DNA from: an uncultured bacterium
Lineage (GTDB): Bacteria; Planctomycetota; UBA1135; GCA-002686595
Length of the DNA: 64,000 nucleotides
Direction of reading: 5' to 3'
NCBI GenBank assembly: GCA_943787795.1
Contig: CALSNU010000004.1
Coordinates: 256,001 to 320,000 of the forward strand
The notes beneath the pieces were generated by a model. It was not told the DNA's origin. It did no database searches and saw only the letters and a list, made by a program, of their open reading frames with translations. Shown here in pieces: positions 37,890 through 47,926 of this stretch. Numbering within the stretch: the first letter of the stretch is position 1; every line of letters begins with the position of its first letter. The translations under genes were made by a program, and so were the position numbers.

Positions 37890-39395
37890 TCAATAGAACT
37901 GATAGCCCGGGCTCGCGGCGAGGAGCGCGGCGGCATCCCTGAGGACCTGGTCCGTGAAGGGCCGGGCCCCGATGTACTGCTGGACTCGCGCGACCTCGGC
38001 CTCGGGAATCAACCCGCCCGCCATCTCTGCCGCGAGCCGCTGGGCCAGGGACGGGTTCGGCGCGGATCCGCGCAGGGCCGTCAGAGCCGAGGTGGAGATC
38101 GTCAGCCCTGGAAGGCCGCCGTTCAGGAGGTTGGTGGCGTACGCCCAGCGACCGTTCACGTCGCTCCCCCACGCCAGCAGCGTGTCCGGATATCCGTCCG
38201 GCGTCCCCCAGACATAGGGCCGCTGGCCGACGAGCTCGAAGATCCGCGCGGCGCCGAGGAAGTCGTCCGACGTGACGGCGCTCAGCTGCCGCAGGAGCCC
38301 TATACCGAAGTGGAAGGGCCGCTTCAGCTTGAGCCGCGTCGTCGCGGCACAGAGCCGGAGGACCTCGTCCGAGAGGGCCTCGCGGACGATCTCCCGCAGG
38401 TCGCCGTTCGTCGCCTGCCAGACGGCGATCACCCGGTCCACCGCCGCCTGCGGGGGCTCGATGCCCGACAGCCAGCCCACGAGCTTGCGGGAGACGTAGT
38501 CAAGCGTCTTGGGGTGCACCGCCAGCATGTGGAGCATGTCCAGGCCATCCTGCACGCCCCCCCCGCCCGGGAGCTGGACCCCGAGCACGGTCTTGGGGCC
38601 GAAGTCGTGGTCAGCGGCGTCGAAGTAGAAGTCGCCCGGGTTGGCCTCGTGCCAGTACTCGTACCGCCAGCCGGTGAAGCAGCGGCTGATCTCCTTCACG
38701 TCATCCTCGGTGTACGGCCCATCCACCCCCAGGGTGTGAAGCTCCATCACCTCTCGGCCGAAGTTCTCGTTGGCCGCTCCCACGACGTTCACGTCGCCAT
38801 CGAGATAGGCCGACATGGCCGGGCTCTTGGCCACGGAGACGAGGAGGTCCTCGAAGCGCCCGAGGGCGTGCTGCCGGATGGTGTCCCGGTCGTAGGCCGT
38901 GAAGAAGAGTCGGCCTCGAATCGTCTCGAGCTGGTCGACGTTGAAGTGGTCGTGCCAGAACTCGACGACGCGCTCGAGGAGCTGACGTTCGCTGAGTACC
39001 GAGCGCGCCACGCAGACCTGCTGCAGGTGCTCACACGGCACGAGCGCGGAGTTGGCGAAGTTGGCGTGCAGGTCCGGCAGCGACATCGAGACGCTGGGAA
39101 ACCGCGCGACAAAGGCGTCCGCCACCGGGTCCGGAATCGACTGGGGGTTGAGCTGCGCATCCAGCCAGGCGGCGCGGCCCGCGCTCCGGATGTCCAGAAG
39201 GGTGGCCCGCGTGAAGCCCTGGGTCGCCCGGTGCGCGAGGGCCAGATCGAGGTCCTGTCGGCCAGCGGCCCCGGGCGCGGCAGCCTGGGGTCCGACGGGC
39301 GCGGTGGCGCTCGAGGATGCGGGCAACGTCGTGGGCACGCCGAGGATCGAGCGGCGCGAGCGCGACCTTCGGATGGACGGCCGTTGAGATTGCAT
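37890..39395 (-). CDS. DUF1800 family protein
   Basis: EFWHDHF, PAM..YLD, NENFGREVMELHTLG, FTGW, LKRP. Confidence 0.9.
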   Translation of the reverse strand: MQSQRPSIRRSRSRRSILGVPTTLPASSSATAPVGPQAAAPGAAGRQDLDLALAHRATQGFTRATLLDIRSAGRAAWLDAQLNPQSIPDPVADAFVARFPSVSMSLPDLHANFANSALVPCEHLQQVCVARSVLSERQLLERVVEFWHDHFNVDQLETIRGRLFFTAYDRDTIRQHALGRFEDLLVSVAKSPAMSAYLDGDVNVVGAANENFGREVMELHTLGVDGPYTEDDVKEISRCFTGWRYEYWHEANPGDFYFDAADHDFGPKTVLGVQLPGGGGVQDGLDMLHMLAVHPKTLDYVSRKLVGWLSGIEPPQAAVDRVIAVWQATNGDLREIVREALSDEVLRLCAATTRLKLKRPFHFGIGLLRQLSAVTSDDFLGAARIFELVGQRPYVWGTPDGYPDTLLAWGSDVNGRWAYATNLLNGGLPGLTISTSALTALRGSAPNPSLAQRLAAEMAGGLIPEAEVARVQQYIGARPFTDQVLRDAAALLAASPGYQFY

Positions 39396-39608
39396 GGTGG
39401 ACGTTGGAGGCTGCTGGGGACGGGCAGAAGCGGGTACCCCTGAGGATACCCTCCTCCTCGTTCCCAGGGCCGTGAGTCCCCGCGCACCTCACGGACCCGC
39501 AGCTCCTGCCCACGTTGGCGGGCTCAGGGTCGGAACCTAGGACGGACCGTCGCGGCGGCATGATCCGCCCAGCGCCTCATTCTGAGCCACTGGGACGACC
39601 ACGGCGGC

Positions 39609-41534
39609 TCAGCTCGGCGTCGGCGCAGGCTCGGGCTCGCTCGCGCCCGGTCCCGTCTCCGCGCGCTCGGCCGACCCCACGGTCGGGATCCGGAGCTTGA
39701 TACTGGAGCCGGCGCCCGGTCCCTCGCTCATCACGCCGATCGCGATCCCGAGCTCCTGACAGACGTTGGCCGCCATGTGAAGCCCCTCTCCCGCGTGCCC
39801 TTCCTTGCTGGTGAACGAGGAGGTGAAGATCTGGTCCAGCGAGCCAGGGTCGATCCCGCACCCTGTATCAGTCACCTCGACCACGACTCGGCGATCCTCC
39901 GTCCCGTAGACACGGAGCACGATCCGCCGCTCACGCAGGTCCGGACCCTGCAGGGCCTCGAACGCGTTCACGATGACGTTGATGAGGACGCTCTTGAGTC
40001 GGTGCGAGTCCGTACGAACGAGCGGAGCACCGTCAAAGTCACGCTCGATCTCGACACCAACGACGCTCGGCAGAGACGTGGTCGCGACCTCCAGGGCACG
40101 CTCCACGACACCGGAGAGCTCGACCTCCTCCTCGATGCTCGGCCCGACGGCGTACTTCTCCTGGCTTCGGATCAGATCGATGGCCTGGCTCAGCCCCAGA
40201 TCAAGGGACTCCAACTCGACGATGCAACGGGAGCGGAGGTCCCCCACCGCATCCGCCATGGCAATGATGAAGGGAACGAGGAACTTGCCGTTCTCGTTCT
40301 CCGTGATGTAGGTCGAGAGGTCCTCCGAGTGCTCCTCGAGCTCGCGGGCGAGGCTGTGCATGTCGGTCACATCCACGGCCGCGACATCGCGCAGCAGGAG
40401 CTTCGTCGAGACATTGATGCTGTTCAGGATGTTGCCTGCGGCGTGCACGACTCCCATCGAGACATCCGACATCCCCGCACGGCGGGCGTCGTGGACCACG
40501 GTTTGCCGGTCGACGGCGACCTTGTCGATCATCCCCATCAGGGCCTGATCTAGCCGCTGGAACTCCAGCGCGTCCCACCTATGCAGCCGGGACTTGGCCT
40601 TGGAGGAGGCCGTGAGCTGGGTCACGTGGCCGTGGATCTGATGGAGCGGCTGTCGCACAAAGCGGATGAGGAAGCGCAAGGCGACGAGAGCCGCAATCCC
40701 GGCAGCCAGGAGCTGGAAGATCACGATCTCCCGCGCGACCGCGAGGATCGAAGCTGCCGCGGACGGGACCTGAGTGGCCGAGACCACGAGACCCGGCCGC
40801 CCCATCCCATCCCGGAAGAGCTGCATCCCGACCGCGCCGCCGCCGCTTCGGGCGGACACGGTGCACGGCGAGACGGCTCCCCCCGATGCAGCATCCTGCG
40901 GCTCAGCGTCCCGCGAGACCCCGCCGCCCTTTGTCAGAAGCTGGTCCAGCGCGCCCGCGACGTGATTCGGCGGGGATTCGCCGTTGAGGTCGTGGAACGC
41001 AAACTCCACCTCCGGGTGCAGAGCCCGCACGAGGCGGAGATCCAGTGGACGGACCAGGACCGACCTGGAGCCTTCGCCGCCGACGTGGTCAGCCGCAGCG
41101 ATCACCCAGGGCTCACCGTCGACGGCCACCACCGCGCTGCTCGGAAGGTGCGCCCCCGTGACGCCTGCGACGGAGGCAGAGCGGATCATCTCGACCAGCT
41201 GAGAGAGGACCCCAGGCGCCTCCCCACGGGCGACTCGCTCTCTCAGGTCCCCGTCAAACTCGAGGATGACCGAAGCGGGCCCGCCACGGTTGCTCGTGGC
41301 ACCCTCGCCGTCTGATGCTCCCTGCTGCGCCGCGAGCATCGCTCCGTCGAGAGCGGCGTCCCGTTGTCGCCCGATCTCCCAGGCCACCTCTTGCACCGCG
41401 AGTCCGACTCCCTCATCGGCTCGACGGACCGCCTCGCTGTGGAAACGGAAGGCCTGAATCCCCATCGAGACCACGAGTGCAACGAGGCTGCCGACGAGCA
41501 GCTGCAGACCGAGGATGGTGTTGAGGGACTTCAT
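39609..41534 (-). CDS. Membrane-bound sensor histidine kinase
   Basis: Two TM segments; H-box VVHAAGNILNS; NVIVNA, DTGCGI, FTSK, GEGL. Confidence 0.85.
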   Translation of the reverse strand: MKSLNTILGLQLLVGSLVALVVSMGIQAFRFHSEAVRRADEGVGLAVQEVAWEIGRQRDAALDGAMLAAQQGASDGEGATSNRGGPASVILEFDGDLRERVARGEAPGVLSQLVEMIRSASVAGVTGAHLPSSAVVAVDGEPWVIAAADHVGGEGSRSVLVRPLDLRLVRALHPEVEFAFHDLNGESPPNHVAGALDQLLTKGGGVSRDAEPQDAASGGAVSPCTVSARSGGGAVGMQLFRDGMGRPGLVVSATQVPSAAASILAVAREIVIFQLLAAGIAALVALRFLIRFVRQPLHQIHGHVTQLTASSKAKSRLHRWDALEFQRLDQALMGMIDKVAVDRQTVVHDARRAGMSDVSMGVVHAAGNILNSINVSTKLLLRDVAAVDVTDMHSLARELEEHSEDLSTYITENENGKFLVPFIIAMADAVGDLRSRCIVELESLDLGLSQAIDLIRSQEKYAVGPSIEEEVELSGVVERALEVATTSLPSVVGVEIERDFDGAPLVRTDSHRLKSVLINVIVNAFEALQGPDLRERRIVLRVYGTEDRRVVVEVTDTGCGIDPGSLDQIFTSSFTSKEGHAGEGLHMAANVCQELGIAIGVMSEGPGAGSSIKLRIPTVGSAERAETGPGASEPEPAPTPS

Positions 41535-41561
41535 GGCAGGTTAAAGGTTGAGCGCGGCAGA

Positions 41562-41864
41562 TCAGCGCTCCCGGCCCCCCTCTTCGGAGTCGATGAACTT
41601 GAAGCCCAACCCCGCCTTGCCCCCCGGCAGCGACTGAGAGCGAACCAGCTGGACCCGGCGTGTGCGGGCCTCACCCTGCAGCTTGATCTCGAACTCGAGA
41701 CCACGGTCCACAACGGCGAAGAGCCCGCCCGTTGAGACGTTCTCGACCGTCAATTCGAGCGGGCCGGCAGCAGGGAAGAGCGCCGCGGGCTCGCAGAGGC
41801 CCCCTCGTCGTTCATCGCGCCGCTCTTCCGCCGCGGTGGGCCGATTTCCTTCTGAGCTGTTCAT
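41562..41864 (-). CDS. Single-domain PilZ protein
   Basis: ERRDERR (RxxxR), ENVSTGG (NxSxxG), GLGFKF. Confidence 0.7.
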   Translation of the reverse strand: MNSSEGNRPTAAEERRDERRGGLCEPAALFPAAGPLELTVENVSTGGLFAVVDRGLEFEIKLQGEARTRRVQLVRSQSLPGGKAGLGFKFIDSEEGGRER

Positions 41865-42350
41865 GGTGACACGCGCTGCGGGAAACCACTCGGGCGTCCA
41901 CGCTTAGGATCTATCGTCCGTCGAAATGCAGGCGCTTGAGCCTCGCCCCCCGGCGGAACCAAAGGGGCTTTGCCGCAGCCCTCTGAAGCCCAAGATTGAG
42001 ACCGTGCGACCCGGTAAGCACCCCCGTTAGGGCGACTGCGGGCCCCTCGCCACCGGGTCCCGACCTCTGCCGGCCACGCCGGTCGACCCGCGCCAACTCG
42101 ACCCGAGCACCAGCGCTCTCGAACCGGCCTGGATTGGACCGGCAGGAGCCAGCCCTTGCCTGCCCCCGCGAGATCGAAACGGGCTGCTCACCCGTACCCG
42201 AACCTTCGCAACGTGCCCCACAGCGCCCGAAGGGTAAGACAGTCGCTGGGGTGTAGACGGGGCAGCCCCAGGCCCCACAGCTTCGCGCTTCCACCCGGCC
42301 AACAGCGCGAGATCCTCGCGCCTGGCTCGCGGCCCCGATGAGCCCGAGCG

Positions 42351-42616
42351 AATTCGACGGTGTCAATTCGACGGTGTCAATTCGACGGTGCCAATTCGAC
42401 GGTGCCAATTCGACGATGCCAATCCGACCGGGCCTACTCGACCGGGCCTATTCGAACGGGCCTACTCGGCCGGGCCTACTCGGCCGGGCCAGTTCGACCG
42501 AGCCTTCTCGAATGGGCCTTCTCGAATGGGCCTTCTCGAATGGGCCTGCTCGAATAGGCCAAGCAGGCAGGATCAATCAGGCAGGGTCGATCAAGGGCGG
42601 CCGATCAGAAGGAGCC
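42351..42616. repeat. 19-unit, 14-bp tandem array with progressive sequence drift, ending in the hisS stop
   Basis: aattcgacggtgtc...tactcggccgggcc...ttctcgaatgggcc...gatcagaaggagcc in unbroken 14-bp register. Confidence 0.85.
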
Positions 42617-43933
42617 GCGCAGCCGCGCGATCACTTCCGCGCGCGGGACCTCGACCCCCTCCTTCGCGCGGAGATCCTTGACCTGGCAGGTCCCGGCCTC
42701 GAACTCAGTACTGCCCGCGATCACGGCGAAGGCGAAGCCACGTCGGTCGGCGTATTTGAGCTGCGCCCCGAGCTTCCTGGGCTCCGGATACAGCTCGACC
42801 CCGATCCCCGCGGCGCGCAGCTCCTCTGCGAAGGCGAGGTAGTCACCGAGCCGGTCGCCCTCGAGCATGGGCATGAAGACCGGGCACGGAGCCGCCTGCG
42901 CCTCGATCATCCCGAGCTCCTCCATCGCAGCGAGCAGGCGGTCGACCCCCAGGGAGGCGCCGACCCCCGGCAGGTGCTGCTTGGTATAGACCGTCGCAAG
43001 GTCGTCGTATCGACCCCCGGAGCAGCAGCTCCCGATCCCCGGGAGGTCGTCGAGGAAGGTCTCGAAGATCGCCCCCGTGTAGTAATCCAGACCACGGGCG
43101 ATGGACGGATCCAACTTGATCCGATCCAAGGGGATCCCGGCGGCGGCCGCCGCCTCGAAGAGCCCGGCGAGCCCGCTGTGCCCCGCGGCCCCAACGTCCG
43201 AGCCCGAGACGAGGGGTTCGATCGCCTCCAGCAACTCCCCCGGAGCCCCCTTCAGCTGAGCGAACTGGAGGACCGCGCTGACCTGCGAGTCCGAGAGCCC
43301 AGCCCCTTCCTTGAGCTCCGCGCCCACCGCCTCCGCTCCGGCTTTGTCCAGCTTGTCGAGGATGCGAAGGACCGTGGCCTGGCGCTCCACCAGATCGATC
43401 GACTCGAGCAGCCCGGTCAGCAGGCGGCGGTCGTTGATCCGGATCGTGAAGCGCTCGAAGCCGATCGCGGAAAAGAGGTCGTGGATCACGAGCGCGGCCT
43501 CGACATCACTCGCCGCGCTGGTCGTCCCGATCGTGTCGAAGTCGCACTGGATGAACTCCCGGTAGCGGCCGCGCTGCGTGTTCTCACCTCGCCAGACCGG
43601 CCCGACGTGATAGCGCTTGAAGGGGGTGCCCAGCGAGCCGATGTGCTGCGCGGCGAAGCGCGCGAAGGGCACGGTCAGGTCAAACCGCATGCCGACGTCG
43701 CGGCCGCCGTGATCCGTGAACCGGTACATCTGCTTGTCCGACTCGGCTCCCCCCTTGCCGAGCAGCACCTCCGTGTACTCGAGCGCGGGGGTGTCGATCG
43801 GGCTGAAACCAAATGACCGGTACACGCCCTTGGCCGTGTCGATCAGCCGCTCACGGGGGATCATCGCCGCGGGGAGGAAGTCGCGGAAGCCCTTGAGGGT
43901 CCGCGGCTGGATCAGCTGGTTCTTGCTGGACAT
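42605..43933 (-). CDS. hisS: Histidine--tRNA ligase
   Basis: LKGFRDF, MRFDLTVPFAR, GRYREFIQCDFD, ARGLDYYTG, GGRYD, LGVDRL. Confidence 0.97.
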   Translation of the reverse strand: MSSKNQLIQPRTLKGFRDFLPAAMIPRERLIDTAKGVYRSFGFSPIDTPALEYTEVLLGKGGAESDKQMYRFTDHGGRDVGMRFDLTVPFARFAAQHIGSLGTPFKRYHVGPVWRGENTQRGRYREFIQCDFDTIGTTSAASDVEAALVIHDLFSAIGFERFTIRINDRRLLTGLLESIDLVERQATVLRILDKLDKAGAEAVGAELKEGAGLSDSQVSAVLQFAQLKGAPGELLEAIEPLVSGSDVGAAGHSGLAGLFEAAAAAGIPLDRIKLDPSIARGLDYYTGAIFETFLDDLPGIGSCCSGGRYDDLATVYTKQHLPGVGASLGVDRLLAAMEELGMIEAQAAPCPVFMPMLEGDRLGDYLAFAEELRAAGIGVELYPEPRKLGAQLKYADRRGFAFAVIAGSTEFEAGTCQVKDLRAKEGVEVPRAEVIARLRGSF

Positions 43934-44019
43934 GTCTGGGAGGTGGAGGGGTGCGGCGGGAGATTAGCAGCCCCGAGAACGCGGTCGCCGGAATTAGCCG
44001 CCGTAGGGCGCGGAATCCC

Positions 44020-45309
44020 TTACTGAACGACCGCGCCGCTCTTGATGACTCGCTGGACCGGATTGCGCCCGAGCTCGTAGGTCAGGTGGGAGTGGTTGGG
44101 CAAGTCCGTCAGCACGAGGTCAGCGCGCTTGCCGACCTCCACGGATCCCAGCTCGCCCCCCAGGCCGAGGCTACATGCAGCGTTCAGGGTTGTCCCCGTC
44201 AGCGCTTCCGCAGCGCTCATGCCGTAGCGGAGAGCGGCCCAGCTCATGACCTCGAAGAGGCTCATGCAGTAGCAAGAGCCCGGGTTGAAGTCGGTGGAGA
44301 GCGCCGGCGCGCAGCCCGCCTCGATCATCCTCCTCGCGGGTGCCTCCTGGGCCTCCCCGAGATAGAGCGGAACCAGGGGGCAAAGCACCGGCTGGACCCC
44401 GCGCTCCGCCAGCGCGGCGATGCCGTGCTCGGAGACGTGCTCAAGGTGATCCGCGCTCGAGGCGCCGAGCTCTGCGGCGAGCTCGGCCCCACCGAGGGAG
44501 GTCAGCTGGTCCACGTGCATCCGGATCCCGAGCCCCTGCTCTCGCGCGGACTCCATCAACCGCCGGGACGCGTCCAGGCCGAAGACGTGACTCTCGGTGA
44601 AGACGTCGGCGAACGAGGCCTTGGCGGCCGCCGCAGGCCAGAGCTCCGCGCAGACCACTTCGATCCAGTCGCCCGGACGCCCCTTGAACTCCGGCGGCAC
44701 GTCATGCCCGCCCAGGCAGGTGGGCACGAGTTCCACGGCGTGCACCTGGTTGGCCGCAGCGATGACGTCGAGGCCCTTGAGCTCGTCGGCGACCGTGAGC
44801 CCGTAGCCTGTCTTGGCCTCGATGGTGGTGGTTCCGAGCTTGAGGAAGCGATCCAGCCGCGGCATCAAGACCTCGACCAGCAGCTGCTCGGTGCTCGCCC
44901 GGACCCCCTCAAGGCTCGAGCGTATCCCGCCCCCAGCGGCCGCGATCTCCACGTAGCTGAGCCCCCCGACTCGCTGCTCGAATTCGCCCTCACGGGTCCC
45001 GAGGAAGACCGGGTGGGTGTGGGCGTCCACGAGTCCGGGAATCGCCAGCCCGCCCCCGGCGTCGATCCGTTCCCGCCCACGGAACCTGGCCGCGATCTGA
45101 GCCTCGTCACCGATGGCGACGAAGCGCCCGCCATCGCAGGCCACCGCGACGTCACGGCGTGTGGACAGCTGCCCCATCGCTCCCCCCGCTCGAGGCAGCC
45201 GGCCCTCCGGAGTCGCCAGCTCTCCGATGCCCACCACGAGGAGATCCACCTCCTTCAGCGGCTCTTCTCGGCGCTCATCTCCCGCGGCCGTTCTCGCCTG
45301 ATCACTCAT
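44020..45309 (-). CDS. hutI: Imidazolonepropionase
   Basis: PGLVDAHTH, GGGI, EAKTGYGL, HVDQL, DHLE, STDFNPGS. Confidence 0.93.
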   Translation of the reverse strand: MSDQARTAAGDERREEPLKEVDLLVVGIGELATPEGRLPRAGGAMGQLSTRRDVAVACDGGRFVAIGDEAQIAARFRGRERIDAGGGLAIPGLVDAHTHPVFLGTREGEFEQRVGGLSYVEIAAAGGGIRSSLEGVRASTEQLLVEVLMPRLDRFLKLGTTTIEAKTGYGLTVADELKGLDVIAAANQVHAVELVPTCLGGHDVPPEFKGRPGDWIEVVCAELWPAAAAKASFADVFTESHVFGLDASRRLMESAREQGLGIRMHVDQLTSLGGAELAAELGASSADHLEHVSEHGIAALAERGVQPVLCPLVPLYLGEAQEAPARRMIEAGCAPALSTDFNPGSCYCMSLFEVMSWAALRYGMSAAEALTGTTLNAACSLGLGGELGSVEVGKRADLVLTDLPNHSHLTYELGRNPVQRVIKSGAVVQ

Positions 45310-45407
45310 GGGGCACCAGACTACGGAAAGGCCCGAGGGAACCGACCCCCCAGGCCACAGATCACGCCGTCACCCTGGAGGCGCCCCCCCAGGGAAGAGA
45401 TCCCGGC

Positions 45408-46125
45408 TCAGGCGATCAGTCGGGCCCGATGGCCCACCTGCTCCACCGGCCCTTCAACCGAAGAGTTCGCCGGGGCACCAAGGGCGGAGTTGACGAGCCC
45501 CTGGAGGCGCTTGCGGGCCCGGAAGACGACCATCTTCGTGTTGGAAGGCTCGGTGCCCAGGAACGCGCCCAACTCAGCGTAGGAACGGCCCTCGACCTCC
45601 ACCATTCGCAGCGCGGCCTGGTCACGCTCGGACAGACGCTCGAAGCACGCGGCGTAGTGCACGAGGAGCAGGGCCAGCCCTGAGCGGGCGGTCGTCGCCA
45701 TCTCGTCCAGGGACGCCGCTGCGGAGGGCTCGAGGCGGCCGTCTCCCCGCTCCTGCGCGCGCTCGCCAATCTCACTCTCCAGGACCGGGCGTCGTGCACG
45801 GGCCCGCCGCGTGCGGCGCAGCGCGTTGCCCGCGATGGTCCGCGCCCAGGCACGGAACCCGCCCGGCGCGGCGGACTTGAACGAGCCCGCGTAGCGATAG
45901 ATGTTCAAGAAGGCGTCCTGGAGCGTCTCCCGAGGGTCCCCCCCCGTGGAGGCGCTGAGCGTGGAGCCGGGTGATCCAGGTGAGCAGCCCAGGGGCCGCT
46001 GCTCGGTAGAGCGCCTCGAAGGAGCGGTGATCGCCCTTGGCCTGGAAGGCCACCATCAACTCGGTCTCTTGTTGCGCCTGAGAGAGCGGGCACGCGGTCG
46101 CCACAGCTGCGGATTGGATAGCCAT
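45408..46125 (-). CDS. ECF sigma factor, split by a +1 frameshift in a G8 run (45938-45945)
   Basis: Removing one G joins ...FEALYR...HGG to DPRETLQDAFLNIYRYAGSF...FRAWARTIAGN and region 4 GRSYAELG...KMVVFRARKRL. Confidence 0.8.
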
Positions 46126-46554
46126 CAGGCACCCTTAGGCGAGCGCCGTGCCAGGGCGCGAACAGGCCGCCCGATCTTCGACCTAAGAGTCTACACATGA
46201 GCAACTAAGGACGGATCCATCCGGACCCATCGGATCGTTCTACGCTGAGTGGCGTTCCGTCCTCGTAACGACCTCGGCCTGGCCTGTGACCCTCTGTCGC
46301 GCCAGGTTCCGGGGATCCAAGAGTTCGCTCCCCCTGCCCCAAGCGCTCCCCCCTCAGATTGGCCCTGGCTCGACCCTCGCGCTTATGATCGCGGATCCGG
46401 CCGACCACCGCGCATTCCATTGCCCAGCTCCCTCTCTTCTCCCGACGCCGAGCTCGATCTCGAGCCTCCGCCAGCCGAGGCCTGGACCGTCTCCGTGGGG
46501 CCCCACGCGAGCGCCCTTGAGGCCGGCCCCGTCGCGGTCGCCTGGCCCTATCCC

Positions 46555-47913
46555 ATGGCGGGCCCCCTGAGCCTCCTCGCGCTCCTCCTCGGCGCAGGCT
46601 TGCTCGCCATGCTGGCAGAGGCCATCGAGCGCGCTGTCCCCCGCGCTGGTTCGTCGGGCGATGACGACCTGCCGCTGGATCCGATGGCGGACTACGTCGA
46701 GCGGCGCGAGTCGCTCGGCGCCTCCGCCAGCCTTGGCGCTCAGCTGTGCCGGGTCGCCGCCACGCTGGTGCTCCTGTCGCTGCTGACCGAGCCCGCACGA
46801 TGGACCGTGACCGAGGCCGCCGTCCTCACGCTGGTCCTCGGCGCGCCGCTCCTTCACCTGACCACGCAGACGCTCCCCGCCGCGCTCGCCGGCTCGCGTG
46901 GGGACGCCCTCCTGCGAGCCGTCCTGCCGTGGTTCGCGCGACTGTCCGCCCCCATGCTCCCCCTGGTGGGCCTCCTGCGCATCATCCGCCGGGCCATCCT
47001 CCGAGGAGTCCGATCCTCGGAGGCCGACGAGGGCACGCGCCGCATGGTCGAGGGCTTCCGCGCCATGGTCGAGAGTGCCGAGTTTGACGGCGACCTCGCG
47101 GCCGAAACACGGGAGCTGATCGCCAACGCCATCGAGTTCGGCGAGGTGGACGCGGCTGAGGTAATGACCCCGCGCACCGAGATCTTCGCCATCGAAGAGG
47201 ACGCGGCCCTCTCGGACGCGGTCGCCGTGTTCGCCAGCGCGAGCTTCTCCCGGATCCCCGTGTACGAGGGCACCATCGACACGATCATTGGCACCCTCAC
47301 AGCGCTGGAGGCCGCCAAAGCCGTCGCTGAGGGGCGCCTGGAGACCACCCGCATTCGCGACATCATGCGGCCCCCCCTGCTCGTCCCCGAGACCGTCCGG
47401 GTCCCCGACCTGCTGAACCAGTTCCGGGCGAACCGCCAGAAGATGGCCATCGTCGTGGATGAGTACGGGGGAACCGCTGGACTCGTCACGCTTGCCGACG
47501 TGGTCTCCGAGATCGTGGGGCACGTCAGCGACGAGTACGAGGAGGAGAACACCGCGTTCCGCAAGCTCGACAGCGGCGCGGTGGAGGCTGATGCCAGCCT
47601 CCACGTCTCCGATGTCAACGAGGCGCTCGACCTCGAGATACCCGAAGAATCCGACTACGAGACTCTCGGCGGGTTCGTGCTCTCGGAGGTTGGCCGCTTC
47701 CCGTCCTCCGGAGAGAGCTTCACCTCGAATGGCGTCACCTTTCGGGTCAGCGAGGCCAGCGATCGCCGCGTCCTGCGGGTCGTGATGGAACGGCCCGGGG
47801 GCCTCGAGCTGCGCCGCGAGCCCGGAGCTCCCTCCCCATCGCCACGCCTCGCCCCATCGACGTCTCGAGGCCGCGCCGGCAAGGACGAGGGACTCGAGCG
47901 CCGCGGCGCCTGA
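46555..47913 (+). CDS. Hemolysin/CNNM family protein (CBS + CorC_HlyC)
   Basis: EVMTPR, FSRIPVYEG, MAIVVDEYGGTAGLVT, YETLGG; start uncertain. Confidence 0.88.
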   Translation: MAGPLSLLALLLGAGLLAMLAEAIERAVPRAGSSGDDDLPLDPMADYVERRESLGASASLGAQLCRVAATLVLLSLLTEPARWTVTEAAVLTLVLGAPLLHLTTQTLPAALAGSRGDALLRAVLPWFARLSAPMLPLVGLLRIIRRAILRGVRSSEADEGTRRMVEGFRAMVESAEFDGDLAAETRELIANAIEFGEVDAAEVMTPRTEIFAIEEDAALSDAVAVFASASFSRIPVYEGTIDTIIGTLTALEAAKAVAEGRLETTRIRDIMRPPLLVPETVRVPDLLNQFRANRQKMAIVVDEYGGTAGLVTLADVVSEIVGHVSDEYEEENTAFRKLDSGAVEADASLHVSDVNEALDLEIPEESDYETLGGFVLSEVGRFPSSGESFTSNGVTFRVSEASDRRVLRVVMERPGGLELRREPGAPSPSPRLAPSTSRGRAGKDEGLERRGA

Positions 47914-47926
47914 GCCCCACCACCCC

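Noticed and set aside
36990..39443. Long 817-aa plus-strand ORF (likewise 4182-6221, 7502-9034, 42338-43816, 46354-48171, 58907-60697)
   Set aside because: Antisense shadows of well-supported genes, expected at high GC; no recognisable motifs
41930..42210. c-di-AMP (ydaO) riboswitch suggested by ggcggaacca...gggg and cccgaacc
   Set aside because: The conserved CCCGUCAGCUAAC-like 3' core is missing, and no plus-strand gene lies downstream
42351..42616. CRISPR array (also considered for 3745-3867 and 63396-63497)
   Set aside because: Units are contiguous 14-19 bp with no unique spacers, and there are no cas genes in the window
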